Source: a virus
Lineage: Duplodnaviria > Heunggongvirae > Uroviricota > Caudoviricetes
Strand: one strand, 5' to 3'
Virus record (IMG/VR): IMGVR_UViG_646311924_000007
Span: 1 to 64,000 of that record
Length of the DNA stretch: 64,000 nucleotides
In this document: piece after piece, positions 8,701 through 18,914 of the stretch
Layout of the letters: each line of letters opens with the position of its first letter
How positions within the stretch are numbered: the first letter of the stretch is position 1
Notes under the pieces: model-generated
The model's input: the letters and a program-made list of their open reading frames with translations, nothing else
Told to the model about the DNA's origin: nothing
The model's database searches: none
Translations under genes and position numbers: made by a program

Positions 8701-11700
8701 TCCGCCAGCTGCTGCACCGCATCTGCGTACTCCGGCAGGAAACGATAGGTGATCCGGCGATAGTACAGGTCCATGTCAGTACATACGCGGTCCATATCCC
8801 TGATTATTGAGAAGATCGGACGGGCTTTCTCGTGCTCAATCACGCCGTCTTCATTGACCGAGGTCGTTACGCCATTGTTGGCTTTGGCCGCCGCTTCCGC
8901 CTGCTGACGCAATTCTTCATACGCCGCCAGTTGTTCTTCAGTAAGTGGTGCATCCTGCTGGTGTTCGTCCAGCTCCGGGATCTCCACGGTATCCTTAACG
9001 TCTTCCGCCGTTTTAAGCGTTACCCAGCGATGGAATATACCGCGCAGCGCATCAAGGTTTTCAAAGCCCACCAGCGCCATTTTTTCTTCAACTTCACCGC
9101 TGATTTTCTGTACCGTTTCCAGCCTGGTCTTGCCGAAGAATTTAACGAAGTCATCAGGACCGTAGATCCCCATCTTCTGCCAGTATTCCTTCGGCAGAAC
9201 ATGAGAAAGCATGTTGTATGCATCGATCGGGGTGTTAACGACTGGCGTTGCAGTCAGGAGAACCGGCCCGCGCCCGCCATTCTTTTTCATCAGGTACGCG
9301 TTTTTGATTGCCATATCCCGCGCCGATTGCGCCACCGCGCTGGTGGGCAGATAGGCCAGTTGTGACGCTTCGCGACCATTTTTATAGCTATTGCGGTAGT
9401 TGTGACCTTCGTCGGCGATCACACTATCGAAGCCCATATCCTCAAAGTACGGATACTTCTCTGCTTTTTCGGTACCGGTATCTGAATACTCCGACAATAC
9501 CCAGCGACGCGCCGCCTCTTTACGATGGGAGTCGGAATCCATTGCGCTGGCTACGCGCCCGGCGGCAACGAAGTCATAAAGCATGTCTTGTGCATGCTCA
9601 TCTACGGTGTCATCACGTAGCGGAATGCGGGCGTATTGTTCTTTGGTAAACACGACTGCACGGTAATTTGAGTGCGGGATCGCGTTCATCCGCGCCGTGA
9701 TAGTGGCTTCATCTGCCAGCTTAAGAGCATCGCGCATAACTGGAGTGCCATCAGTACCAAGAACAGGTTTACCGTTCTCATCGAGCACCGGCACCTGGCG
9801 AATCTGATCGCCATCCATCAGCACATCAAGACCGACGAACAGGTAGTTACTGAATGCCTCTTCACTCAGGAACTCTTTTGCTTCGTAATACCAGTTTTCC
9901 AGCACTGATTTAGGCACTACATAAGCAGTACGGGTGGAGCGACCGTTCTCATAGTTGAACGCCTCAAGCGCCAGCGCGGTCGTGGTTTTACCCAGCCCGG
10001 TGCCGAAGCCCAGGATGCCGCGCCCATCTTCGGACAGTCGGCGCACCTCGCTATTCTGGTAATCAAATGGCTGGCGCTTACCGCTTAATCCCTTCAACCC
10101 AAGCGGATCGCCAGAGTGTTCATACGGGATATTGCTATTGAACACATCGTTGTATTTGGCAACCAGCTCATCGTAGCGATCGTGCGTCTTGATCCACTTA
10201 TTGAACTGGTCCTCAAGCAGTGCCATCTGCTCGCGGTAGCCGTTCGCCGTCGCGCTATCTTTGCCACCGATACGCGCACCATTGAGATACTTTTCCAGCT
10301 GTGCCGGGAACCCGGTCGCGTTTTCACCTGATTTACGGTCCCACTCGTAGCGGATCTCGCCTGTTTCTTTATCCTTGCGCTGGACGACACCGTATCGGTG
10401 CCCGACGAACAGACCATCACCACCGTGATAGGTGTCAGAAACCATTTCGTCGCCTTCCAGCTGCACTGACTGCACATAGCGCAGATCCGGATAGCCGTTT
10501 TCCTGCAAAAACTCCAGAATGACGGAGCGGTCGAACCAACGGCTATTGAGCTTAAAGCGGATATTCTCTGCTGGCGTCTTGATGCGCTTCTCTTCGATCG
10601 CTGCCAGCTGATTAAGGACGTTGTTCTTTACTGGACCGTCGGGGAGCGTGGCGAGGAATTCCTGTTTTGGAGCCACTATCTCGTTAATGTCGCCGCTGGT
10701 GGCGCGGGCGAACGGAACAATCCCGCCATACGGTGAAACCACAATGCCAGGGGTGCTGGCCAATAAATTAAGCAACTCATCATCACTGGCTGGCAGTTCG
10801 CCGGTAAACGCAAGGCGGAAATCATCGAGCTGGATTGGATCGCGAGTGAGATCACTGTAGAGATAACGCAGGGTGTCCTGATAGCTGGTGGAGTCATAAC
10901 TGGCGCTGGAATCATGCGTAACCAGTTTTCCTGTCAGCTCGTCAGAAATAGTGCCATCCAGCTTAATTGCACCACGGAAAGCAAACCAGGCGCGCGCACC
11001 GCTCCCCGATAATTTCGCTATCGGACCGCGACCGGGGTTACCAAAACGGTCAATCTCTGCCTGCAAACGGGATACCAGAGAAAGGCGCTGCTGTTCGATT
11101 TGTTCAGCACTATGCCCGGCGGCCTTCATGTCCTGATATTCAATTAACATCCGGCCAATCATCGCCCCGCGATACAAGCGTTCACGGTATTTTTCAGGCT
11201 GGCTGTTAATCCAGTCCACCAGCTGCACCATATCGTCGCTGATTGATGTGGTGTACTTATCGCGGACATTTGCCATCTGGGTAAATGTCATGCCGAGACG
11301 GCCTTCTGTTGTAGTCAGGTTACGCTGAAGAGCCTCCCAGCTATCCGCGCCATAACTGGCAGCATCGATCTTAAGTTCCTTCCCGGCATCAGCTTCAATC
11401 CAGCGACCACCAGCATATTTTTGCCATACGCCATTAATCAGGCGCATTTCCCCTTCACCAACAACGTCTGCGGTCGGTGACGGTTCAGCCATATCGAGCA
11501 AAGACCAGTCGATACGGCTTTCGAAACGATGAATCAGCTTCGCTTTAAGAGCCTGGTTATCAATCTGACCGTCGGCACGAACCTCAATACGCCCCCGGAA
11601 GCCCTTTTCTTGGGTGCCATGAACAAACCGGCGGCCATCCTTTTCAAACCACTTGCCAGAAATAAACGTTGGCCAAAGCACATTTGCTGATTCAAGAGTG

Positions 11701-12566
11701 CTTTCATCCACCAGGGGGATTTTCTCAGCCATCTCTGCCGGATGTTTGCGCATCAGCACCACATCTACGACCGTACTGGTCCCGTTTGCGTCAAAAGTAC
11801 CGGTAGGCAAGCGGTGGGCACCAAGAAATTCTGCTTTCCGTGATAGGCGCAGGCGTAACCGCTTCATGTTTGAACCTGAAACAATGGACGGCGGCACAAT
11901 CACGCACATGAATCCGCCTGGCTTTATCTTGTCCAGCATGCGGAGCATGAAGTAAGAACCCATGTCCGTTTCTTCTGCGTAAGGCTTATCGATGTTGCGT
12001 GTGTTATCACGACCGCCGAACGGAACGTTACCCACAACATGGTCGAATGAATCGTTAGGTGTGCTTATAGCCAGCTGTTCGAACGGGGAAATCTGTACGC
12101 TGTCTTCCGGGTGTAACAACTGGTTTATACGACCGGAAACACTGCTGATCTCAGTCGCAGTCATCACCGTACCAACCGGTTTTGTCTCATTAAAAACGCC
12201 GGTGCCCGCCGATGGTTCCAGAGTGTTACCTACGTCCGCGCCGTAGAGCTTCATGATCTCCCAGACACCTTCAGCGATCGGCTTTGGTGTGTAATATTCG
12301 GAGACGGACCCGCCAATGCCGCCTTCACCGGTGTACCCAGCCAGGATCTGGCGCTGTTCATCTGTCAGTGTCGCGCCGTCCACCAGTGAATTAAGCAAAT
12401 CTATCGCCTTCTGATTCGCCTCCCGGCGCAGTCGGTCATAGCTTTTGCCTTCCACCTTTTCCACGCCGTATTTAATCGGCGCTCGGTGAGATGTTATTGC
12501 CCTAATGTATTTCAATATTTCGCTGACACTTGAACAGCGAAACACCCCCATAGATAGCTTGTTCAT
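5799..12566 (-). CDS. darB: DarB antirestriction protein (2255 aa) with N6-adenine methyltransferase-like and helicase (GFGTGLGKTT Walker A) regions
   Basis: Giant ORF of the length I recall for P1 DarB; helicase motifs visible; synteny with ulx/lxc and prt. Confidence 0.9.
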   Translation of the reverse strand: MNKLSMGVFRCSSVSEILKYIRAITSHRAPIKYGVEKVEGKSYDRLRREANQKAIDLLNSLVDGATLTDEQRQILAGYTGEGGIGGSVSEYYTPKPIAEGVWEIMKLYGADVGNTLEPSAGTGVFNETKPVGTVMTATEISSVSGRINQLLHPEDSVQISPFEQLAISTPNDSFDHVVGNVPFGGRDNTRNIDKPYAEETDMGSYFMLRMLDKIKPGGFMCVIVPPSIVSGSNMKRLRLRLSRKAEFLGAHRLPTGTFDANGTSTVVDVVLMRKHPAEMAEKIPLVDESTLESANVLWPTFISGKWFEKDGRRFVHGTQEKGFRGRIEVRADGQIDNQALKAKLIHRFESRIDWSLLDMAEPSPTADVVGEGEMRLINGVWQKYAGGRWIEADAGKELKIDAASYGADSWEALQRNLTTTEGRLGMTFTQMANVRDKYTTSISDDMVQLVDWINSQPEKYRERLYRGAMIGRMLIEYQDMKAAGHSAEQIEQQRLSLVSRLQAEIDRFGNPGRGPIAKLSGSGARAWFAFRGAIKLDGTISDELTGKLVTHDSSASYDSTSYQDTLRYLYSDLTRDPIQLDDFRLAFTGELPASDDELLNLLASTPGIVVSPYGGIVPFARATSGDINEIVAPKQEFLATLPDGPVKNNVLNQLAAIEEKRIKTPAENIRFKLNSRWFDRSVILEFLQENGYPDLRYVQSVQLEGDEMVSDTYHGGDGLFVGHRYGVVQRKDKETGEIRYEWDRKSGENATGFPAQLEKYLNGARIGGKDSATANGYREQMALLEDQFNKWIKTHDRYDELVAKYNDVFNSNIPYEHSGDPLGLKGLSGKRQPFDYQNSEVRRLSEDGRGILGFGTGLGKTTTALALEAFNYENGRSTRTAYVVPKSVLENWYYEAKEFLSEEAFSNYLFVGLDVLMDGDQIRQVPVLDENGKPVLGTDGTPVMRDALKLADEATITARMNAIPHSNYRAVVFTKEQYARIPLRDDTVDEHAQDMLYDFVAAGRVASAMDSDSHRKEAARRWVLSEYSDTGTEKAEKYPYFEDMGFDSVIADEGHNYRNSYKNGREASQLAYLPTSAVAQSARDMAIKNAYLMKKNGGRGPVLLTATPVVNTPIDAYNMLSHVLPKEYWQKMGIYGPDDFVKFFGKTRLETVQKISGEVEEKMALVGFENLDALRGIFHRWVTLKTAEDVKDTVEIPELDEHQQDAPLTEEQLAAYEELRQQAEAAAKANNGVTTSVNEDGVIEHEKARPIFSIIRDMDRVCTDMDLYYRRITYRFLPEYADAVQQLADSLPKQATSEDDDSDDSITQQSQYSLIDKGEFIQLQVPEAFEQEVNKRLARFGIDEQTVTHPVTPKYAKLIATLKEFFPEGKQIIFTDEKTQHQKLKRIICNALNLEPSKVGILNAQTVAEAGKTGKKLKAVKPPKELPDEPTDAQIAKYNEQMALYDAYIAQQNEMSLGGLEKIAADFQEGRTPIIICNKKAEVGINLHRGTTDIHHLTLPWTPASIAQRNGRGARVGSNRASVRVHYYCGKGSFDEYRLKTLKRKAGWISDILRSDKSEMENADANDMIEMQMYTAKDDGERLAMMQVQMDKAKAAQRARQKEQATIDLQNYIKAQHAAGEDVEVLTAELERRKAELEKTTADVAKFKQAVMAKAADNADWKARWGSVHHTDRTLLAQYRASLKSAIQRKANISQAISRYEKLLNRTQKAATDIKRLRPLVEDAINKGILDVDPDLVNHASEFLIIGDRSWRVGQYYDCAGDIVRIKSLDFDSQRADVEIIFTFKGTKSGNWDVKTLDKQVDVTPDEDAVMQKISGGVSIAGINDIISCDDFYRFQQRGMIKITDSYGVQTTESGYSIDFVGTYTDPLKHAVYPDRRDGALKSSIAKWVLGMMSEGNNRQVRLAEVFLTELFGSNYGDVIASYGDTLSPEAIQEKIADAIARMPEKTSQGATRNGDSELEVTNAIFGTHEFRASDYEITTAQFGTIGIYSNKAEIKQAMDAASARIAAEREANLNHAVAALTQSWVTAIREAATTGKITPAIADVVNDGSKFMDAYQMDAVKLPSAYGQLSYRMTYNLVSMFSDLAILGLVDLNEVTPELLSMRKNHVEILQRINTVLAGRTDEEKQADADRINLALGNITEEEIAARNEKQEELSSIQGDATSIAQSLGLNYRVSTADLKMMYAPKFAAGEVFGLQEASGMKGVLFRAKDAIKAKFGARWLPAKAKNSDFPGNWWIIETKHNVADVLAVIQQYA

Positions 12567-12577
12567 TGGTAATCCTT

Positions 12578-12600
12578 AACAAGTGACTAGTGTTAAATTC
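12578..12600 (+). promoter_or_regulatory. putative late promoter (AACAAGTGACT then TTAAAT)
   Basis: Conserved element about 45 nt upstream of the portal gene start. Confidence 0.45.
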
Positions 12601-12632
12601 CGTTCAAACACGATGCGAATTATTCTAATTAA

Positions 12633-15363
<2,731 letters not shown>

Positions 15364-15374
15364 CCATCAAAAAT

Positions 15375-15400
15375 AACCCCGGCGGCTGCCGGGGTTATCG
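15375..15400. terminator. bidirectional hairpin CCCCGGC-GGCT-GCCGGGG flanked by A/T runs
   Basis: Stem-loop between convergent pro (+) and the small minus-strand ORF. Confidence 0.6.
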
Positions 15401-15407
15401 TTAACTA

Positions 15408-15662
15408 TTATCGCCTTCGTCTGCGTGCCATATATTTGCGCACCGCGCGACGTGGGCAATCTGAAGCGGTTTCTTTCTGCTGCATCAATCTTGCAGCCAT
15501 GCTCAAAAATGTCAGGCACAGCCGAAGCCCGGCATATAATAGCGGTTCCAGTGGCCACGTCTCATTGAGCACATATACCGCCATGAAAATCGAGTCGAAA
15601 ACTATCGCCGCCAGCGATAACTTCATTGTCGAAAGTCGGCGGAGCTGCCGGAGTTTATTCAT
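15408..15662 (-). CDS. small membrane protein downstream of lyz (possible lysis accessory protein)
   Basis: Hydrophobic segment and Arg-rich C-terminus; overlaps the lyz stop by 8 nt; start uncertain. Confidence 0.3.
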   Translation of the reverse strand: MNKLRQLRRLSTMKLSLAAIVFDSIFMAVYVLNETWPLEPLLYAGLRLCLTFLSMAARLMQQKETASDCPRRAVRKYMARRRRR

Positions 15663-16212
15663 TGATCAGCCCCGTCAGGCAAAGCTGGCGTTCTTTTTCA
15701 CGGCGAATCTTTAAACCTCGCAGGGGCACGCCGTTACTGTTCACAAAATCAGGGAGATGGTTACACATATTCACCCATTCCCCTTTCTGCGCCCACTTGT
15801 GGATGGACGTTTCGACTCGCATGCCTCGCGCTTTGCTGTAGTAGGTCCGTAAGCTATTGCATCCCATATTGAATGCCGCGCTTGTCATTGCACTGAAGGC
15901 ATTATCGGGCATGTCTTTGCCCCGAAAGTGCTGATTAATACAGCGTTCAGCGATCAGGATATTCTTTTCCCAATCAGCGGCGATTTGCTGGTCGGTTTTT
16001 CGCACACCCGGCGTTACCCCGTGTGTATTACCGATCCCGTCAGTCCATACCCCCGCCGGGCACATGTATGGATCACGTCGGCAACCTTCAGCGTTACCAA
16101 TCAGCTCAAGCCCCGCCTGGTTGGTTCGCACATTGCCATTACCCATCACGATGGTAATCATCACCGCGATAGCGCAAATTGCACCGCCTCCTGCGGCTGT
16201 TTTTCCCTTCAT
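15655..16212 (-). CDS. lyz: SAR-type endolysin (lysozyme), 185 aa from MKGKTAAGGG
   Basis: Near-identical to P1 Lyz as recalled, including the N-terminal signal-anchor segment. Confidence 0.9.
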   Translation of the reverse strand: MKGKTAAGGGAICAIAVMITIVMGNGNVRTNQAGLELIGNAEGCRRDPYMCPAGVWTDGIGNTHGVTPGVRKTDQQIAADWEKNILIAERCINQHFRGKDMPDNAFSAMTSAAFNMGCNSLRTYYSKARGMRVETSIHKWAQKGEWVNMCNHLPDFVNSNGVPLRGLKIRREKERQLCLTGLINE

Positions 16213-16295
16213 AAAGACCTCATAAGCGAATTTTTTACGCTCCAGGACAAACACCCATTCACAGCCAATACCGACTGACTCGATCCCTTTAGAAG

Positions 16296-16322
16296 GCACA
16301 GGATAATGCAAATCACTTGTTA
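16296..16322 (-). promoter_or_regulatory. putative late promoter (minus strand AACAAGTGATT)
   Basis: Motif about 100 nt upstream of the lyz start. Confidence 0.35.
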
Positions 16323-16345
16323 GCTACGTTTCAAAGATATACATT

Positions 16346-16362
16346 GTTGCTCTAATTATTTT
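16346..16362 (+). promoter_or_regulatory. C1 operator-like site (GTTGCTCTAATTATTTT) upstream of ssb
   Basis: Match to C1 operator consensus core TTGCTCTAAT. Confidence 0.55.
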
Positions 16363-16381
16363 ATTTTATTAGGTAAGATAA

Positions 16382-16870
16382 GTGGCACAACGCGGTGTAA
16401 ACAAAGTCATCCTGATTGGCACCCTGGGGCAAGACCCGGAGATCAGGTATATACCAAATGGCGGCGCGGTCGGAAGACTCAGCATCGCAACGAATGAATC
16501 ATGGCGCGACAAGCAAACGGGCCAACAGAAAGAGCAAACAGAATGGCATAAAGTCGTTTTGTTCGGAAAACTTGCTGAAATTGCGAGTGAGTATTTACGA
16601 AAAGGTTCTCAGGTCTACATCGAAGGGAAACTTAAAACCCGTAAGTGGACAGATGACGCCGGTGTAGAACGTTACACGACGGAAATTATCGTCAGCCAGG
16701 GCGGCACCATGCAAATGATCGGCGCTCGTCGCGACGATTCACAGTCCACAAATGGCTGGGGGCAATCAAACCAACCTCAAAACCACCAGCAATACAGTGG
16801 TGGCGGTAAACCTCAGAGCAACGCTAATAACGAACCTCCAATGGACTTTGACGACGATATTCCGTTTTGA
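16382..16870 (+). CDS. ssb: single-stranded DNA-binding protein (GTG start, 162 aa)
   Basis: Strong similarity to E. coli SSB including the C-terminal DDDIPF tail; AGGTAAG RBS. Confidence 0.95.
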   Translation: MAQRGVNKVILIGTLGQDPEIRYIPNGGAVGRLSIATNESWRDKQTGQQKEQTEWHKVVLFGKLAEIASEYLRKGSQVYIEGKLKTRKWTDDAGVERYTTEIIVSQGGTMQMIGARRDDSQSTNGWGQSNQPQNHQQYSGGGKPQSNANNEPPMDFDDDIPF

Positions 16871-17067
16871 ATGTGTAAAAAACGACTGAAAAAAAAGCGG
16901 TGGTCCAGACGCCGACAAAAGCACGAACTCGCTCAAAAACGCCAAAGTTGGCAATGGCACGCGCTTTTAACGAATAGAACACCCCGAGATATTGCTTTCG
17001 CTGGTGGGAAAACATTCCTAACCAACCTGAAGGCGCAATACATCAGTTTTTAAGCAGAGAAAAGACT

Positions 17068-17856
17068 ATGACAGCACAAAATACTAAAACCATTCAATAC
17101 CGCCTACGTAATGGCCAGAGTGTCGAAGTGACCGTCAATAATGATGGAGTGCCAGGCGAAACGGTTTCTATCTCTGATCTGGCTATCGAAAAAACCATCA
17201 TGTGCCACCTTGGCTTTACTGAAGAAGTGAGCAAAAAGCATGGTGTAGCAATCTGGAGCGCAATGGATACTGGTATGCGCAGATTCATTACTGCTCGTAC
17301 CCCAGGGATGACCATGATGGACCTCATGCAGATTGCGCCGCTGTTTGAGTGTGAACCTTTGGATGTATTCAGCAATCCAGCTATCTGCCAGCAGTTATAT
17401 GGTGAGATGAAACTCGCGGTTACCCCCATTGTGCTGCATGAAGGATCGCTTGCTGGCGTATGGAAAGTAGAGCGAATTTCAAGCTACATGCCTTTCCATG
17501 TCAACGGCGTAATCACTGGTGAAAATCAACCTGTTTCCGTTATAAAGTCAGACCTCAAGCGCGCAATTCTTGAAGCAAGTTGTCGAGTTGTCGGCCTGGG
17601 CAAACAGTCTTATGTTTCCTTCCCGGCTGGCCCTGAAGGCCCGGCAGAAATTCTGATTATGGATGCCGATCTGCTCTGGCAAATACAGTTTCTGATTGGC
17701 AAAAGCATCATCCGCGATGAAGAACTAGATCAGTACATTACCTGCACGATGACGGATGAAGTCAAAAGTGTGGCTATAGCCAATGCCCGGAACCTATGTC
17801 GTGCTGCATTAACAGAACTGCAAGAAAACACCACGGGAGAAGTGGAAAGTGATTAA
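17068..17856 (+). CDS. hypothetical protein (262 aa) downstream of ssb
   Basis: Clean ORF ending at an intrinsic terminator; no recognisable motif. Confidence 0.55.
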   Translation: MTAQNTKTIQYRLRNGQSVEVTVNNDGVPGETVSISDLAIEKTIMCHLGFTEEVSKKHGVAIWSAMDTGMRRFITARTPGMTMMDLMQIAPLFECEPLDVFSNPAICQQLYGEMKLAVTPIVLHEGSLAGVWKVERISSYMPFHVNGVITGENQPVSVIKSDLKRAILEASCRVVGLGKQSYVSFPAGPEGPAEILIMDADLLWQIQFLIGKSIIRDEELDQYITCTMTDEVKSVAIANARNLCRAALTELQENTTGEVESD

Positions 17857-17860
17857 AAAG

Positions 17861-17890
17861 AACCCGCCAATTGGCGGGTTCTTTATTTAT
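17861..17890 (+). terminator. rho-independent terminator AACCCGCC-AATT-GGCGGGTT plus U-run
   Basis: 8-bp stem followed by CTTTATTTATT. Confidence 0.8.
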
Positions 17891-18102
17891 TGAATTAGCA
17901 TTCAACTCCCGATTGTTATAGCGAACACTATGTAACAGAATAATATTATTAACATTTTAGTAATAAGTTGATTATTCATCTTCTGTATTCGCAAAGCGTA
18001 AGTATTGCTCATAGTTTCTTATTCCAGTACATTGTGATTCGTTGAGGCAAAAGAATAGTGGCAATTCTACTGGCAATAAACTCAAGTAAGAGGTTGTAAA
18101 CA

Positions 18103-18390
18103 ATGGAAAAACTGAACAATTTCTTAGACAAAATATCCACCCCAAACACTCGCGCAGGCCACACTATTACCCGCATAGCTAAGCTAAGCGATGCGGGTGT
18201 CAGTGATGACGTAATCGCACTTCAACTGTCCAGTAACAGTGCAAATGGCTTCCGATATACAGCAGATGAAATAAAAGCGTATAAGAAGCTCCACAATGAT
18301 GTAAAAACTAAAGTGGGAATTACATCCAAACAAACAAAAGCATTAATCAAAGATCAAGAGCTGACTTTTGTTGCATTGCCTCAAAACTAA
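18103..18390 (+). CDS. hypothetical small protein (95 aa) in AT-rich segment
   Basis: ORF with GAGG RBS; flanked by AT-rich DNA. Confidence 0.45.
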   Translation: MEKLNNFLDKISTPNTRAGHTITRIAKLSDAGVSDDVIALQLSSNSANGFRYTADEIKAYKKLHNDVKTKVGITSKQTKALIKDQELTFVALPQN

Positions 18391-18418
18391 ATTTGTTTAA
18401 AGCTATAGCTAACAAAGA

Positions 18419-18464
18419 GTTATAAGAGCGATAGTGATAAATTTATCATTGTCGCTCTTATAAC
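18419..18464. repeat. 46-bp near-perfect palindrome GTTATAAGAGCGA-TAG-TGATAAATTTATCA-TTG-TCGCTCTTATAAC
   Basis: 13-bp arms plus palindromic 14-bp core read directly; lies between convergent genes. Confidence 0.8.
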
Positions 18465-18593
18465 CTTGTTAAAGATAAGAATATAACCCAAAAGATATAC
18501 ATGGGTTATTAAGGCCATAATTATCAGGCAAATAACATGAAGTCGTCTATGTGATGGATGAAATTTGAACAATCAATTCTATGCCAATTCCTG

Positions 18594-18914
18594 TCAATAC
18601 AAGAGTTGGTTTACTGTTTCATCACTAAAAACCTCTTCATCGTCATCATCATCCTCATCGCCACCATCTACTGCTGGCCAATCAACAAACCAGCCAGCGT
18701 AAAGATGCAGCGTTCGGAGAACATCACTTGCGGGAGCATCAAGGGTGTTAACGAATCCCATATAGCTATTGGGATTTGCCCCAGCTATGGCTTCAGCGAT
18801 CATGTCCTCGGTAATGTCACCGGAGATAATGCTCAAACGCCCGGAAACTTCTTCATTATCATCAAATTCGATAATGGCATCTCCGCCTAATGGCGCTGCG
18901 ATTTTAATCTGCAT
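18594..18914 (-). CDS. acidic hypothetical protein (106 aa) at the 3' end of the dar operon
   Basis: ORF overlapping the ddrB stop; Asp/Glu-rich tail. Confidence 0.45.
   Translation of the reverse strand: MQIKIAAPLGGDAIIEFDDNEEVSGRLSIISGDITEDMIAEAIAGANPNSYMGFVNTLDAPASDVLRTLHLYAGWFVDWPAVDGGDEDDDDDEEVFSDETVNQLLY

Noticed and set aside
8832-9365. 177-aa plus-strand ORF, and several others, inside darB on the opposite strand
   Set aside because: Fully embedded antisense to a very long, clearly coding gene; typical spurious ORFs.
16870-18600. Expected IS1 copy between ssb and the dar operon
   Set aside because: No transposase-like ORF or terminal inverted repeats found; the interval contains two unrelated ORFs instead. 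No IS or transposon was recognised anywhere in the window.
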